32,000 nt of DNA from an uncultured Ruminococcus sp. (GTDB taxonomy: Bacteria; Bacillota; Clostridia; Oscillospirales; Acutalibacteraceae). The stretch lies in contig CACYCV010000161.1 in NCBI GenBank assembly GCA_902772955.1, positions 9,561 to 41,560 of the forward strand, in the 5' to 3' direction. This document shows positions 8,490 to 17,430 of the stretch, piece by piece; the first letter of the stretch is position 1, and each line of letters begins with the position of its first letter. Under the pieces are notes generated by a model. It was not told the DNA's origin. It did no database searches and saw nothing but the letters and a program-made list of their open reading frames with translations. The position numbers and the translations under genes are program-made.

Positions 8490-9635
8490 ATGAATCAAAA
8501 TCAGAAAAAAGCTGGTGCCAGCCTGTTGGTTTTGTTGCTTGCGGCTCTGATCGCGCTCAGCGGCTGCACAAAAAATTCTGAAAGTCAGGAACAATCCCAT
8601 GCTGGGTCCGGTGTTTCTTCAGTTTCAGAAACGGTCAGCAGTGCTCATACTTCGGAGGAAAAAGTATCCTCTCTTTCTTCTGTGTCTCAGGAGGATGATC
8701 TGCAGCATTCCCTGGAGGAACAGGCTAAGTCCAATTCCTTTGAGGGTTTAATTGTCATCGCCAAGAAAGGACAGCGGGTGGCATCCTATTCTAACGGAAA
8801 GCTGGAAAACGGAGAACCCATTACAGCGGATACGCCTATGCCTGTGGGATCCGTTTCCAAACAATTCTGTGCCGCTGCCATCCTGCAATTAAGCGAAAAA
8901 GGGAAATTATCACTGGATGAACCCATTGCTCGTTATTTTCCGGAGTATGAGCCAGGAAAGAAAATCACAATCCGTCATCTTCTGATGATGAGGGCATCAG
9001 ATGTGGATTTTTCAGAGGCAATTTTTGAGCTAACCTCCGAAAATAATACCTATGAAAAAAATACTTCCATCGTTAAAGAGGATATTTTCAGCAAGGAAGT
9101 CCACTCAGAACCGGATACCGGCTTCTTCTACTCTAACGCCAATTATTTTTTGCTGGCAGATATTATTGAGCAGATAACCGGTCAGCGATATATCGATTAT
9201 CTCCGGGAAAATATTTTGACACCCCTGGGTATGGTTCACACCGGATCCATTGATGAGCTTGGATCTTCCCCGTCGTGGCTTCAGGGAATTGATTTTAAAA
9301 AGGTAAATCGTCAGCCGGCTATTACTAAAGGCGCCGGTGATATCATTTCTAATGCGGAAGATATGAATCTATGGTTGAAGGGACTCAGCAGCGGAAAGGT
9401 GATTTCTCAGGAAGACTATGAAGAAATGATTACAGACTATAGCAACGGTGAGGGCTACGGCTATGGCATTCGTACGGATTTCGGAGGAGGTATCGGCCAT
9501 TTTGGTGAGATTGGCAGTTATGTTGCGGCTGACTACCTTGATCCCGAAGAGGATATTACAATTTTTATTGTCAGCGGGACGATGTCCACTGCGTATCTGA
9601 CGCAATTCTTTTTCTCATTGGTCCGGATTCTGTAA
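8490..9635 (+). CDS. Lipoprotein, beta-lactamase-fold serine hydrolase (class C / PBP4*-like family)
   Basis: The start was moved to ATG 8490, which has GGAGG upstream. The lipobox is LIALSGC, followed by a Ser-rich linker. The SxxK motif is GSVSKQF and the YxN motif is YSNANY. Confidence 0.75.
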   Translation: MNQNQKKAGASLLVLLLAALIALSGCTKNSESQEQSHAGSGVSSVSETVSSAHTSEEKVSSLSSVSQEDDLQHSLEEQAKSNSFEGLIVIAKKGQRVASYSNGKLENGEPITADTPMPVGSVSKQFCAAAILQLSEKGKLSLDEPIARYFPEYEPGKKITIRHLLMMRASDVDFSEAIFELTSENNTYEKNTSIVKEDIFSKEVHSEPDTGFFYSNANYFLLADIIEQITGQRYIDYLRENILTPLGMVHTGSIDELGSSPSWLQGIDFKKVNRQPAITKGAGDIISNAEDMNLWLKGLSSGKVISQEDYEEMITDYSNGEGYGYGIRTDFGGGIGHFGEIGSYVAADYLDPEEDITIFIVSGTMSTAYLTQFFFSLVRIL

Positions 9636-9716
9636 GGGTGTACACGAATTGTGTAAGAACAATGATCAGAATATGATATAATAGAAGTATCATCAGCAAC
9701 AATCGAGGTGAATACC

Positions 9717-10397
9717 GTGAATCAATGCCTTCGGATTGCACTTGTCCCTGCGTATTGTCCGGATAAAAAGTTGATTTCACTGACAAAGCAGCTTTCAGAG
9801 AAAGGCTTTTCTGTGGTTGTGGTCAATGACGGAAGCAGTCCAAGCTATGCCGCTGTTTTTCAAAACGCTTCCCAATATGCCACTATTTTGTCACATTGTT
9901 CCAACCGCGGCAAGGGAGCAGCAATCAAAACTGGTCTTGGCTATATCAGAAAGCACTTTCTCCCTCCCTATGTGGTGGTGACCTGTGATGCTGACGGACA
10001 GCACCTGGTAAAAGATATCATCACTGTGACGAATCAGGCGGTTGCCTGCCGGAATGTACTTGTTGTCGGCAGTCGAAAAATGGATATTTCCACCCCCTTC
10101 CGCAGTCTGTTTGGAAATATGATGACCCGGGTGATTTTTCGGATGCGTACCCACTGCCATATTCACGATACCCAGTCAGGATTGAGAGCTTTCTCGGATT
10201 CGCTGGTGAAGACGCTGATGGCTATTCGGGGAGATCGCTATGAATATGAAATCAATGTGTTGCTTTTATTTGCCAGACAAAAGCGAAAAATCCTCGAGCT
10301 CCCGGTTCATACCGTGTATTTTGAAAAAAACAGCTCTTCTCATTTTCGATTGATGAAGGATTCGTTTCGTATCTACAGGGAAATATTCCGACACTAA
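9717..10397 (+). CDS. Family 2 glycosyltransferase (soluble, GtrB/DPM1-like catalytic domain)
   Basis: Motifs VVVVNDGSS and CDADGQH (DxD) are present. The start is uncertain: GTG 9708 or GTG 9717, the latter with GAGGTG 6 nt upstream. Confidence 0.7.
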   Translation: MNQCLRIALVPAYCPDKKLISLTKQLSEKGFSVVVVNDGSSPSYAAVFQNASQYATILSHCSNRGKGAAIKTGLGYIRKHFLPPYVVVTCDADGQHLVKDIITVTNQAVACRNVLVVGSRKMDISTPFRSLFGNMMTRVIFRMRTHCHIHDTQSGLRAFSDSLVKTLMAIRGDRYEYEINVLLLFARQKRKILELPVHTVYFEKNSSSHFRLMKDSFRIYREIFRH

Positions 10398-10398
10398 A

Positions 10399-10433
10399 CA
10401 AAGGACCTGTGTTTCTCAAGCACAGGTCCTTTG
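10399..10433. terminator. Hairpin between convergent genes (GT2 + / hydrolase -)
   Basis: A perfect 13-bp stem pairs CAAAGGACCTGTG with CACAGGTCCTTTG around a 9-nt loop. A T-rich tail (TTTGTTTAG) is present on the minus strand only. Confidence 0.65.
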
Positions 10434-10471
10434 CTGTAGACAGCGGGACTAACAAAAGATAATGATGGAAT

Positions 10472-11476
10472 TCATGCAATGGCATGTCGATAAAATGAAA
10501 GCACCTGGTTCATATAATTTTCATCAAGAATATTTGCCTGATGTTTGTCCGTGGGGTTATCGGTTTTGGCAAGATAACGGGCAGCATCCTCCCGGAGCCA
10601 GAGAGTATTATGCCCGCCCCGATAGGGAGCTTCAATCAGTAGAGTAACCGCATTTGGGTTGGTGATTTCATCCTTTTTGTGCAGGATACTGATATCCTCC
10701 GTGACGATGTCGTCAGTGTTTCCGCCAATGATCAGAACAGGTGTCCTGACGGAATTAACGGCAGCTATGACAGTTTCGTTGGAATCATTTCCGAAGAGGA
10801 AATAATTTTGCAGGCACATAAAGGGGTATTGCAAATCGGCCAGAAAACCCACATAGCGTCTGGCATGATGCAGCATATTTTCGTTGGGTTCATTGAAGCC
10901 GGCAACGCAAACCGCTGCCCGGATGCTGTCATCATCCTGCAGAGCTGTTCCCACCGCATATCCGCCAAGAGAATGGCCGTAGAGCAGAAGCGGAAGCCAA
11001 CAGAGGTCTGATCTGCTCCGGATATACGCTATGGCAGACCTGACATCCAGCCGTGCCTGGGCAATTCCCACGGTTCCGTTTCCCTGACTGTGTCCTACCC
11101 CTGTGTATTCAAAGGTGAATACGGAAAAACCGTTGTCTACAAACCAAAGTATTTCCGGCAAATGGCGGTCAATACAACAGTTCATTCCGTTTGCCAACAG
11201 AATAATTCCGCTTGATTTCTCTTTCGGCTGGTACAAGCATCCAAAAAGCTGTTGATTTCCTGATGGAAACCAAAGCTCTTCACGGGGATACCGATCCTGA
11301 TCAATGTCATCGTAGGTCAGCTCATAAGGGGCAATGGAACCGGAGCGGGAAAAGATGATCTGAAAAATGATAACGGATCCCGCCATGGATACCACCACAT
11401 AAGAAAGAGTGGAAACGATCAGAATAATGCACACCTTCCTGATTCGCCGTCGTTTAGGTGTCACCGGCTTTTTCAT
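10472..11476 (-). CDS. Membrane-anchored alpha/beta hydrolase (paralog 1)
   Basis: An N-terminal TM helix is present (VCIILIVSTLSYVVVSMAGSVIIFQIIF). The nucleophile elbow is GHSLGG. The later Asp and His contexts are GGNTDDIV and YRGGHNTLW. The start was set to ATG 11476 (AAAGGAAGAG RBS); the track start is 11515. Confidence 0.75.
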   Translation of the reverse strand: MKKPVTPKRRRIRKVCIILIVSTLSYVVVSMAGSVIIFQIIFSRSGSIAPYELTYDDIDQDRYPREELWFPSGNQQLFGCLYQPKEKSSGIILLANGMNCCIDRHLPEILWFVDNGFSVFTFEYTGVGHSQGNGTVGIAQARLDVRSAIAYIRSRSDLCWLPLLLYGHSLGGYAVGTALQDDDSIRAAVCVAGFNEPNENMLHHARRYVGFLADLQYPFMCLQNYFLFGNDSNETVIAAVNSVRTPVLIIGGNTDDIVTEDISILHKKDEITNPNAVTLLIEAPYRGGHNTLWLREDAARYLAKTDNPTDKHQANILDENYMNQVLSFYRHAIA

Positions 11477-11521
11477 AAGACTCTTCCTTTCTATTTTGGG
11501 CTGTCTGAACAACATTTATAC

Positions 11522-11551
11522 AAAAAAAGCACCGACATCGATCGGTGCTTT
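11522..11551 (-). terminator. Intrinsic terminator ending the 11-gene lipid operon
   Basis: The minus strand reads AAAGCACCGA-TCGATG-TCGGTGCTTT followed by TTTTTG. It lies directly after the stop of the last gene (11557). Confidence 0.8.
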
Positions 11552-11556
11552 CGTCA

Positions 11557-11973
11557 TTACAGTTTACCAAGCTTGCTCATAGCAACGGAGGTTTTCAGTG
11601 CGTCAGGGTGCTGAATGGCCATGATAATTAGGAAGGTATAAAGGATTGTCATGCCGATACTTGCAAAGATACCGGCAATAGCAAGCTTCTTGCCAATCCG
11701 GACCTGCTTTGAGATATCACCATAGGTCGAAACATAGTTATTGGCCTTAACGATGCCAATAATGGAAAAAATCAGACCGAAAATAGCCAAGCAACAGCCA
11801 ACAGCCACAGATACAATACCAAATACCAATACCTGAACGTGATTTCCCTGTGATTGTGTGCCCATAGAAGAATTGGGCTGAGTTTGATAGGGTGCTGCTC
11901 CGGCAACGGGTGTTCCACACCTCGGGCAAAAAAACTGCCCATCAACGGGTGTTCCGCATTTCTGACAAATCAT
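11557..11973 (-). CDS. Zinc-ribbon membrane protein (two C-terminal TM helices, DUF4190-like)
   Basis: The start is at ATG 11973 (AGGAG RBS). The CxxC...CxxC motif is MICQKCGTPVDGQFFCPRCGTPV. A Gln/Ser-rich linker and two hydrophobic helices follow. Confidence 0.65.
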   Translation of the reverse strand: MICQKCGTPVDGQFFCPRCGTPVAGAAPYQTQPNSSMGTQSQGNHVQVLVFGIVSVAVGCCLAIFGLIFSIIGIVKANNYVSTYGDISKQVRIGKKLAIAGIFASIGMTILYTFLIIMAIQHPDALKTSVAMSKLGKL

Positions 11974-12011
11974 AGAATACTCCTTTCCTGCAGTTTCCTG
12001 CAAACACAAAA

Positions 12012-12986
12012 TCATTCGCCGAGAATACCATCGGTTACTGTCTTATTATGACATAATTCTCCTAAAAAATCAACTATTACCTGATCATATTTTTCCGAAG
12101 CATGTATTTTTATATGAGAATGTGCCCCTTTTTCAAAATACACCAGTCGTTTAGGAGCAGGGCACTGCTCATACAAGACCTTGGCCTTTTCAGGAAGTGA
12201 AAAAATGTCTTCTTTGCTTTGCAGCATCAGAATAGGCTTTCGCAGGTTTCTGATCCGGAAAATCGGTCCGTCTTTTTTGATATCATAGCCTGAAAACAAT
12301 CGTATATAGCCCCGAAGCTCCCATAAGGCCGGATAGACCGGCTGATGAAAGGCCTTGATGCGATAATACAGCATATCATAGAACCGGGTAAACATTCCCT
12401 CGCTTGTCATTCCCTGCACATAATCGGGACAGTCTCCGGAGGTCAGGGCAAACAGCGCATGAGAAGCGCCGATGCAGATTCCGTGAAGAAATACCAGTTG
12501 ATTATTCATCTCATCATGCAGCATGCGGCACCAGCAGAGCACATCCTGGTATTCCCGATAGCCAAGGGAGTTGACTACGCCATCGGATTTTCCATGAGAA
12601 CGGCAGTCTATTACCAGAACATTATAGTCCGCCCTGCGGTAGGCTTCGGCAAAATAATAGGAGTATAACATAGACTCCGTTCTGCCGGAGATAATGATTA
12701 CAGCTTTGTCTGAGTTAAAATCAAAATACTCACCGAACAAATGATACTTGCCGCTGTAGAGATCGACAGGACAACGACGCCTGACGTACTTCTCTGCCCA
12801 TTCCAGGCCTGTATAATACATTTCTGTGATTTCTTTATCCTTTGGGACGCTGCATTTTCTGGCCCATTTTCCCTTTCGGGTACGTACCAGCAATATCAGG
12901 TACAGAACGGCCGGGACAATGATCAAAGGAGCAATAACCAGAAAAAATACAGCAATTCCTATCAGAATTCCAATCCAGATATTCAT
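12012..12986 (-). CDS. Membrane-anchored alpha/beta hydrolase (paralog 2) with Cys at the nucleophile position
   Basis: An N-terminal TM helix is present. The elbow reads HGICIGAS, aligned with GLSMG and GHSLG in the paralogs. The Cys171 codon TGC is at 12474-12476. The Asp and His contexts are SKEDIFS and EKGAHSH. Confidence 0.75.
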   Translation of the reverse strand: MNIWIGILIGIAVFFLVIAPLIIVPAVLYLILLVRTRKGKWARKCSVPKDKEITEMYYTGLEWAEKYVRRRCPVDLYSGKYHLFGEYFDFNSDKAVIIISGRTESMLYSYYFAEAYRRADYNVLVIDCRSHGKSDGVVNSLGYREYQDVLCWCRMLHDEMNNQLVFLHGICIGASHALFALTSGDCPDYVQGMTSEGMFTRFYDMLYYRIKAFHQPVYPALWELRGYIRLFSGYDIKKDGPIFRIRNLRKPILMLQSKEDIFSLPEKAKVLYEQCPAPKRLVYFEKGAHSHIKIHASEKYDQVIVDFLGELCHNKTVTDGILGE

Positions 12987-13018
12987 CCGTTTTCCTCGCT
13001 TTTCTATTAACGATGGGG

Positions 13019-14683
13019 TTATACAAGTCCAAGAATCCAGTGATAGACACTCTGTCCCCCGTTGACAAATTCAACATCCAGAGTGGGATAGGCTTCACCC
13101 AGCGCCCGCAGCAGGATTTCCTCGTGTTCCTCCGGAACACCTTCTCCGCGGAAAACCACGCAGGTTTCCTTATCCTCCATATCCTCCACTTCCTGAAGAC
13201 CCTGCATAATCGGCGTAAGCCATTGATTGCTGACACAAACAAGATGATGATCCAGCAGCAGGATCTCGTCTCCCTTCCGGCAGCTGACAGATCCCTCGGT
13301 ATAATCCCGGAAGGCAGTTGTTTCACAAAGTGTAACGGTGTTTTCCATGCCGCCGGTCATTTCACTGATGCGAAAATCAATGTCGGTACTATTGCTGACA
13401 TCCATTGCCATGGCGAAATAACCTTCTGCGATGCTTTTGGAGGGAAGCACGGTGACTATTTTTTTATCGTACAGTTTGATAGCTTGCTGCGCGGCAAGAA
13501 TCACATTCGGATGGTTGGGAAGAACGACGATAGCATCTGCGTCCAGGCCGGCAAAGGCATCCAGAAACTCCTGGGATGAGGTATTCATGGTGGAACCGCC
13601 GTCAATGACAACGTCACATCCCAGATCGGAAAATATCCGTTTCATTCCTTCTCCGTTGGCAACCGCAACGGTAGCCAGCAGCTTGTGAATTTTCCTGGGC
13701 TTCTGAGAGGAAAGCAGCTTTTCATGTTCGTTGTGCTGAACCTGCATATTTTCCAGCTTAAAGGTCAGAAACTCGCCGTAACGCTGGCTAAGCAGAATTA
13801 CCTTCGCTGGGGACAGGGTATGAATATGTACCTTGATCCGTTTTTCGTCCTGAACCACGACCAAAGAATTGCCGCATTCCTTCAAGGCTTCTATATATTC
13901 CTCCAGCACGAAATCCTGCCGGTAGCAGGGTGCCTTCAGCAGCTGCAGAATATACTCCATACAGTAGCCGTCCTGAAAGCTGCTGTTTTCATCAAACAGA
14001 TCAAATCCGGCTCCGGTGGAAGCAGTGCTTTCTTCAGGAGCAGTGTCACTGATGATCTCTCCCCTGAGATAAGAGAGAATTCCCTCGGTAATCGTAATAA
14101 ATCCAAGGGCACCGCTGTCAACCACGCCGGCCTCTTTGAGTACAGGAAGCAGTTCCGGCGTTTTATCAAGGAGATTATTCATCGTGGAAAGATAGCGGGA
14201 AAGAAAATCCTCTAAACTCAATTCAGGTGTAACGGAATCCCTGATGGTTTCGATCCCCTCCCGGGTGACGGTGAGAATGGTTCCTTCTGTGGGGTTGACA
14301 ACCGCCTTATAGGCGACCTGATAGCCCTTGACCAGACCTTGACTGTATTCTACCGTTCCGATGGACTGACAATCCCGAAGCACAAGACTAAAGCCCTTGA
14401 AAAACTGAGACAGGATCACGCCGGAATTCCCTCTGGCACCCAGCAGCATCCCTTTGCTGAAGCGTTCCATATAAGCGCCGAGATGATTATCTGAGCCGGC
14501 ATATCGGATGCCGCTTTCCAATGTCAGACGCATATTGGTTCCGGTATCTCCGTCTGAAACAGGAAAAACATTCAGGCGGTTTATTTCCCGTTCCAATTGT
14601 CGGAGTCTTGCCAGTCCGTTTTTCAGCATTTTTTCAAACTGTAAGCCGTCAATTCTTTTTTCGCTCGTCACGGTGGTGATCAC
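13019..14683 (-). CDS. fakA: Dak2-domain fatty-acid kinase subunit (FakA / YloV family)
   Basis: 554 aa. The DhaL/Dak2 motif is FPVSDGDTGTNM. Size and domain order match YloV/FakA. The GTG start overlaps the stop of the upstream DegV gene (GTGA). Confidence 0.75.
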   Translation of the reverse strand: MITTVTSEKRIDGLQFEKMLKNGLARLRQLEREINRLNVFPVSDGDTGTNMRLTLESGIRYAGSDNHLGAYMERFSKGMLLGARGNSGVILSQFFKGFSLVLRDCQSIGTVEYSQGLVKGYQVAYKAVVNPTEGTILTVTREGIETIRDSVTPELSLEDFLSRYLSTMNNLLDKTPELLPVLKEAGVVDSGALGFITITEGILSYLRGEIISDTAPEESTASTGAGFDLFDENSSFQDGYCMEYILQLLKAPCYRQDFVLEEYIEALKECGNSLVVVQDEKRIKVHIHTLSPAKVILLSQRYGEFLTFKLENMQVQHNEHEKLLSSQKPRKIHKLLATVAVANGEGMKRIFSDLGCDVVIDGGSTMNTSSQEFLDAFAGLDADAIVVLPNHPNVILAAQQAIKLYDKKIVTVLPSKSIAEGYFAMAMDVSNSTDIDFRISEMTGGMENTVTLCETTAFRDYTEGSVSCRKGDEILLLDHHLVCVSNQWLTPIMQGLQEVEDMEDKETCVVFRGEGVPEEHEEILLRALGEAYPTLDVEFVNGGQSVYHWILGLV

Positions 14684-15615
14684 TCCGATGCATTCAGTAA
14701 TTTCGTGAAAAGTTCCTTCTCTTCCTGCAGATCCTTCGAAATGGATTTTCCCATATAATAGGCCGCCATCAGACCAGGTCCGATATTAATGCCGGAACCA
14801 GGAAAGACATCTACAATTCGGATTTCCTTGGGATGAATGGTTTCTTCGATCATTTTTTTATACTGCTCAGCCTGCGGGAGCCGGTTGGACTGGGCGATAA
14901 AAATCATCTGAGTTTCCGGATGCTCAATGGTAGCGGCGATATACTTCAAAAGAACGCTGTAGGCTTTTTTAGCTCCCTTTGCCTTGCCTAGGACAGTTGT
15001 CATTCCGTTATAGTCGAATTCTCCGATGGGCTTGACGCCGATCAGTGTTCCCATCAGGGCCGCGGCATGATTGATTCTACCCTTTTTGGCAACAAAGGAA
15101 AGATCGTCCAACCAGCCCGCCTGATGATAACGACATTTGTTTTCTTCAATCCAGGCGGCAGTCTCTTCCAGCGTTTTTCCTTGGCTGCGAAGCAAAGATG
15201 CACGGACAGCAATCAGTCCAAAGCCTGGTCCGAAGCGCAGGGAGTCAATGAGACGGATATCCGCATGGGGGTATTCTTCCTTGACCTGCTCGATACCCTT
15301 TGCGGCAAAACTGTAGCTTCCGCTCATGGTTGAGGACATGGTGATAACAAGAATGCCATAGCCCTGCTTGAGATATTCTCTGAAGGCTTCTGCAAACAAT
15401 TCAGGGTTTGGCGGTGAAGTGGAATAGCCGTTGGGATTCTTTTTCAGCTTATTGTAAAAATCTTCCCGGTCATAGGTTTTCCAGCTCAGAAACTGCCTGA
15501 TATCCGTATTATCCGGCAGATGAATGTGGCCGACAACCGTCTTGATGTCGAATTCCTGCTGCATCTCTTCGCTGAGATCAGAGGTGCCGTCTGCAATGAT
15601 GATGAATTTCTTCAT
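14680..15615 (-). CDS. fakB: DegV-family fatty-acid-binding protein (FakB-type)
   Basis: 311 aa. The N-terminus is typical of DegV (MKKFIIIADGTSDLSEE). The gene is translationally coupled to the Dak2/FakA gene. Confidence 0.7.
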   Translation of the reverse strand: MKKFIIIADGTSDLSEEMQQEFDIKTVVGHIHLPDNTDIRQFLSWKTYDREDFYNKLKKNPNGYSTSPPNPELFAEAFREYLKQGYGILVITMSSTMSGSYSFAAKGIEQVKEEYPHADIRLIDSLRFGPGFGLIAVRASLLRSQGKTLEETAAWIEENKCRYHQAGWLDDLSFVAKKGRINHAAALMGTLIGVKPIGEFDYNGMTTVLGKAKGAKKAYSVLLKYIAATIEHPETQMIFIAQSNRLPQAEQYKKMIEETIHPKEIRIVDVFPGSGINIGPGLMAAYYMGKSISKDLQEEKELFTKLLNASE

Positions 15616-15621
15616 GGTTTT

Positions 15622-16572
15622 TCACTCCTTTGAAAAATCAGGGAAGTAATGTCTGACAAATGACAAGAGAACCTGTTCTGCCCGCTGTCGATCCTCCAGG
15701 AAACTGAGAGTATGGTGTCCGTTTTCCATCAGGAGAAATTCTTTTGGAGAGGCACAGGCATCATAGATAACCTGTCCCCAGTGTGGATCAACGGTCAGAT
15801 CGTTGGTTCCCTGTACCACCAATACCGGGCACTTTGCATGAGAAAGTGCTGCTGTAGTGGGGGTTTTGATATCAACATGAAAGAAGATTCCGGCCATCAG
15901 ACGTTCTGTCAGAAGGAGAATCTTCGGTATGTGACGCTTAATGGCGTCGCTTCGCATCTGTTCATGGACAGAATAGTAGCAGCTGTCCAGCACAATGCCA
16001 CGTACAATGTCCGGATCCAACGTATCAGAGGCATAGGCAATGGCCGAGGCACCCATGGACAAGCCGTAAAGCAGTATCTGCGTTGCCCCCTGCTTCTGTG
16101 ACCATTGGATCCAGGAAAACACATCTTTTTTTTCACGCAGTCCGATGGTGGTCCAGTGTCCCTCACTCTGACCGTGAGAACGGTGGCAGATTAACAAAAC
16201 ATTAAAGCCGTTCCTACGGAAGAAATCAGCCTGTCCGGAACAGTTGGTGTACATTTCTGCCCCAAGGCCATGAAAGATAATTGCCGTACGGGGATAACCG
16301 CCGTCATAGTATTCGCCGTAAAGCTTTAATCCATCATAGGAAACAGTGCTGACCGGATGATGCTCTTGTGAAAGGATACTGCTGCGGGCTGAGGCGATTC
16401 TGTCCAGATATGGAATATAATAGTGATTGCGAAAACGCTTCCGATTATACTGCTCAAAAGGTACCGATTTTTTTCTTCTGAAAACCAAAACAAAAACCAC
16501 CAGGGTGGGAGCGATGATAAACACCAGCAAGCAGGCGGCGGCAATCAGAAGAATGATTCCCCAGACAGACAT
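15622..16572 (-). CDS. Membrane-anchored alpha/beta hydrolase (paralog 3)
   Basis: An N-terminal TM helix is present (VWGIILLIAAACLLVFIIAPTLVVFVLVF). The elbow is GLSMGAS. The Asp and His contexts are QGTNDLTV and ENGHHTL. A GGAGGGTG RBS lies upstream. Confidence 0.75.
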   Translation of the reverse strand: MSVWGIILLIAAACLLVFIIAPTLVVFVLVFRRKKSVPFEQYNRKRFRNHYYIPYLDRIASARSSILSQEHHPVSTVSYDGLKLYGEYYDGGYPRTAIIFHGLGAEMYTNCSGQADFFRRNGFNVLLICHRSHGQSEGHWTTIGLREKKDVFSWIQWSQKQGATQILLYGLSMGASAIAYASDTLDPDIVRGIVLDSCYYSVHEQMRSDAIKRHIPKILLLTERLMAGIFFHVDIKTPTTAALSHAKCPVLVVQGTNDLTVDPHWGQVIYDACASPKEFLLMENGHHTLSFLEDRQRAEQVLLSFVRHYFPDFSKE

Positions 16573-16584
16573 ATCTTCACCCTC

Positions 16585-17430
16585 CTACATAAAACGCTTT
16601 TTGCCAAGCAATGCAGCAAAGTCATTTTCCACCCAGAAGTATCTGGCTGCTGCTGCATTTTTTCCGCTGATGGAAACGGGGATTTCCGGCTCTCTCAGTG
16701 TCTTGACCACATCGCCGTCCGGAGTATCTGTTCTGAGAATGACAGCCTCATTGGATACGGCAACAGCGGCAACGGATCCGGTACTGCTCATGGAAAAATG
16801 GAAGCTGCTGCAGACCCATTTTCCGCTGAGCTTTCGTTTCAGTCCGGCTTTTGACAAATCCGTGTGAAAGGAACGTTCCGCTGCAATCGACATAAGCCTC
16901 CAGCAGGTGATTACCCTGCGCCGTTCTTCCTCCTGACGGAAGGCCTGAATCTCCCGCAGGAGCTTTTCCGGAAGTGTATCCGGTATCGCATGTGCATCAG
17001 TGACAGCCGACAGATAGACATCGCAGATCCGTTGATTCGCCCATCGTTTTCGGACCTCCTCTTCCTGACTGCAGCGAGAGATGCCGAAGATACATTCATT
17101 GACAAAATGCTCACAGTTATGATGGATCAGATCATAACCTCCCTCTCCCAGACGGGAGCGGGCTTTCCGGATCGTTTCCTCAGGAGGAAAGCGCTTCTTC
17201 AGCTCGCCTCGTTCGAGGCAGGCAGTTTCTATGATACAGCCGCAGGAAAAAACGTCAATATTGGTGGCAAGAACAACGACTTCTCCTTCGGCTGCCCGGT
17301 TTTCCGCAGTAGGAGGCAGTCCGAACTGGATGATCTCATTTTCACTGACAAAAATCCCGTAATGATAGAGCGCTCCCAGGCGAACCCGGATCATATCACC
17401 GGGATGACATTCTTTTGGCTCCCATTTCAT
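16585..17430 (-). CDS. LRAT/PLAAT-like (NlpC/P60 superfamily) Cys-His acyltransferase/phospholipase domain fused to a degenerate Sfp-type PPTase-like region
   Basis: The N-terminal His box is LYHYGIFV and the catalytic-Cys motif is HHNCEHFVNE. The C-terminal ~150 aa follows the Sfp pattern (GKW...FHFSMSSTG; FWVENDFAALLGKK versus W-x-KE-x-x-K). It lacks the G-I/V-D-x-E metal motif. Confidence 0.6.
   Translation of the reverse strand: MKWEPKECHPGDMIRVRLGALYHYGIFVSENEIIQFGLPPTAENRAAEGEVVVLATNIDVFSCGCIIETACLERGELKKRFPPEETIRKARSRLGEGGYDLIHHNCEHFVNECIFGISRCSQEEEVRKRWANQRICDVYLSAVTDAHAIPDTLPEKLLREIQAFRQEEERRRVITCWRLMSIAAERSFHTDLSKAGLKRKLSGKWVCSSFHFSMSSTGSVAAVAVSNEAVILRTDTPDGDVVKTLREPEIPVSISGKNAAAARYFWVENDFAALLGKKRFM

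Noticed and set aside
10472-11476. Including hydrolase paralog 1 as a twelfth gene of the lipid operon
   Set aside because: A strong intrinsic terminator (11522-11551) separates it from the operon. It may still be expressed by read-through, or from a weak promoter overlapping the terminator, so the functional link is left open rather than asserted.
12835-13579. ORFs 12835-13326 (-) and 13013-13579 (+)
   Set aside because: They overlap the 3' part of the Dak2/FakA gene and the start of hydrolase paralog 2 in other frames. The annotated genes have clear motifs and RBSs.
16423-16867. Two plus-strand ORFs of 143 and 146 aa
   Set aside because: They lie antisense across the junction of the hydrolase and LRAT-like genes and show no family features.
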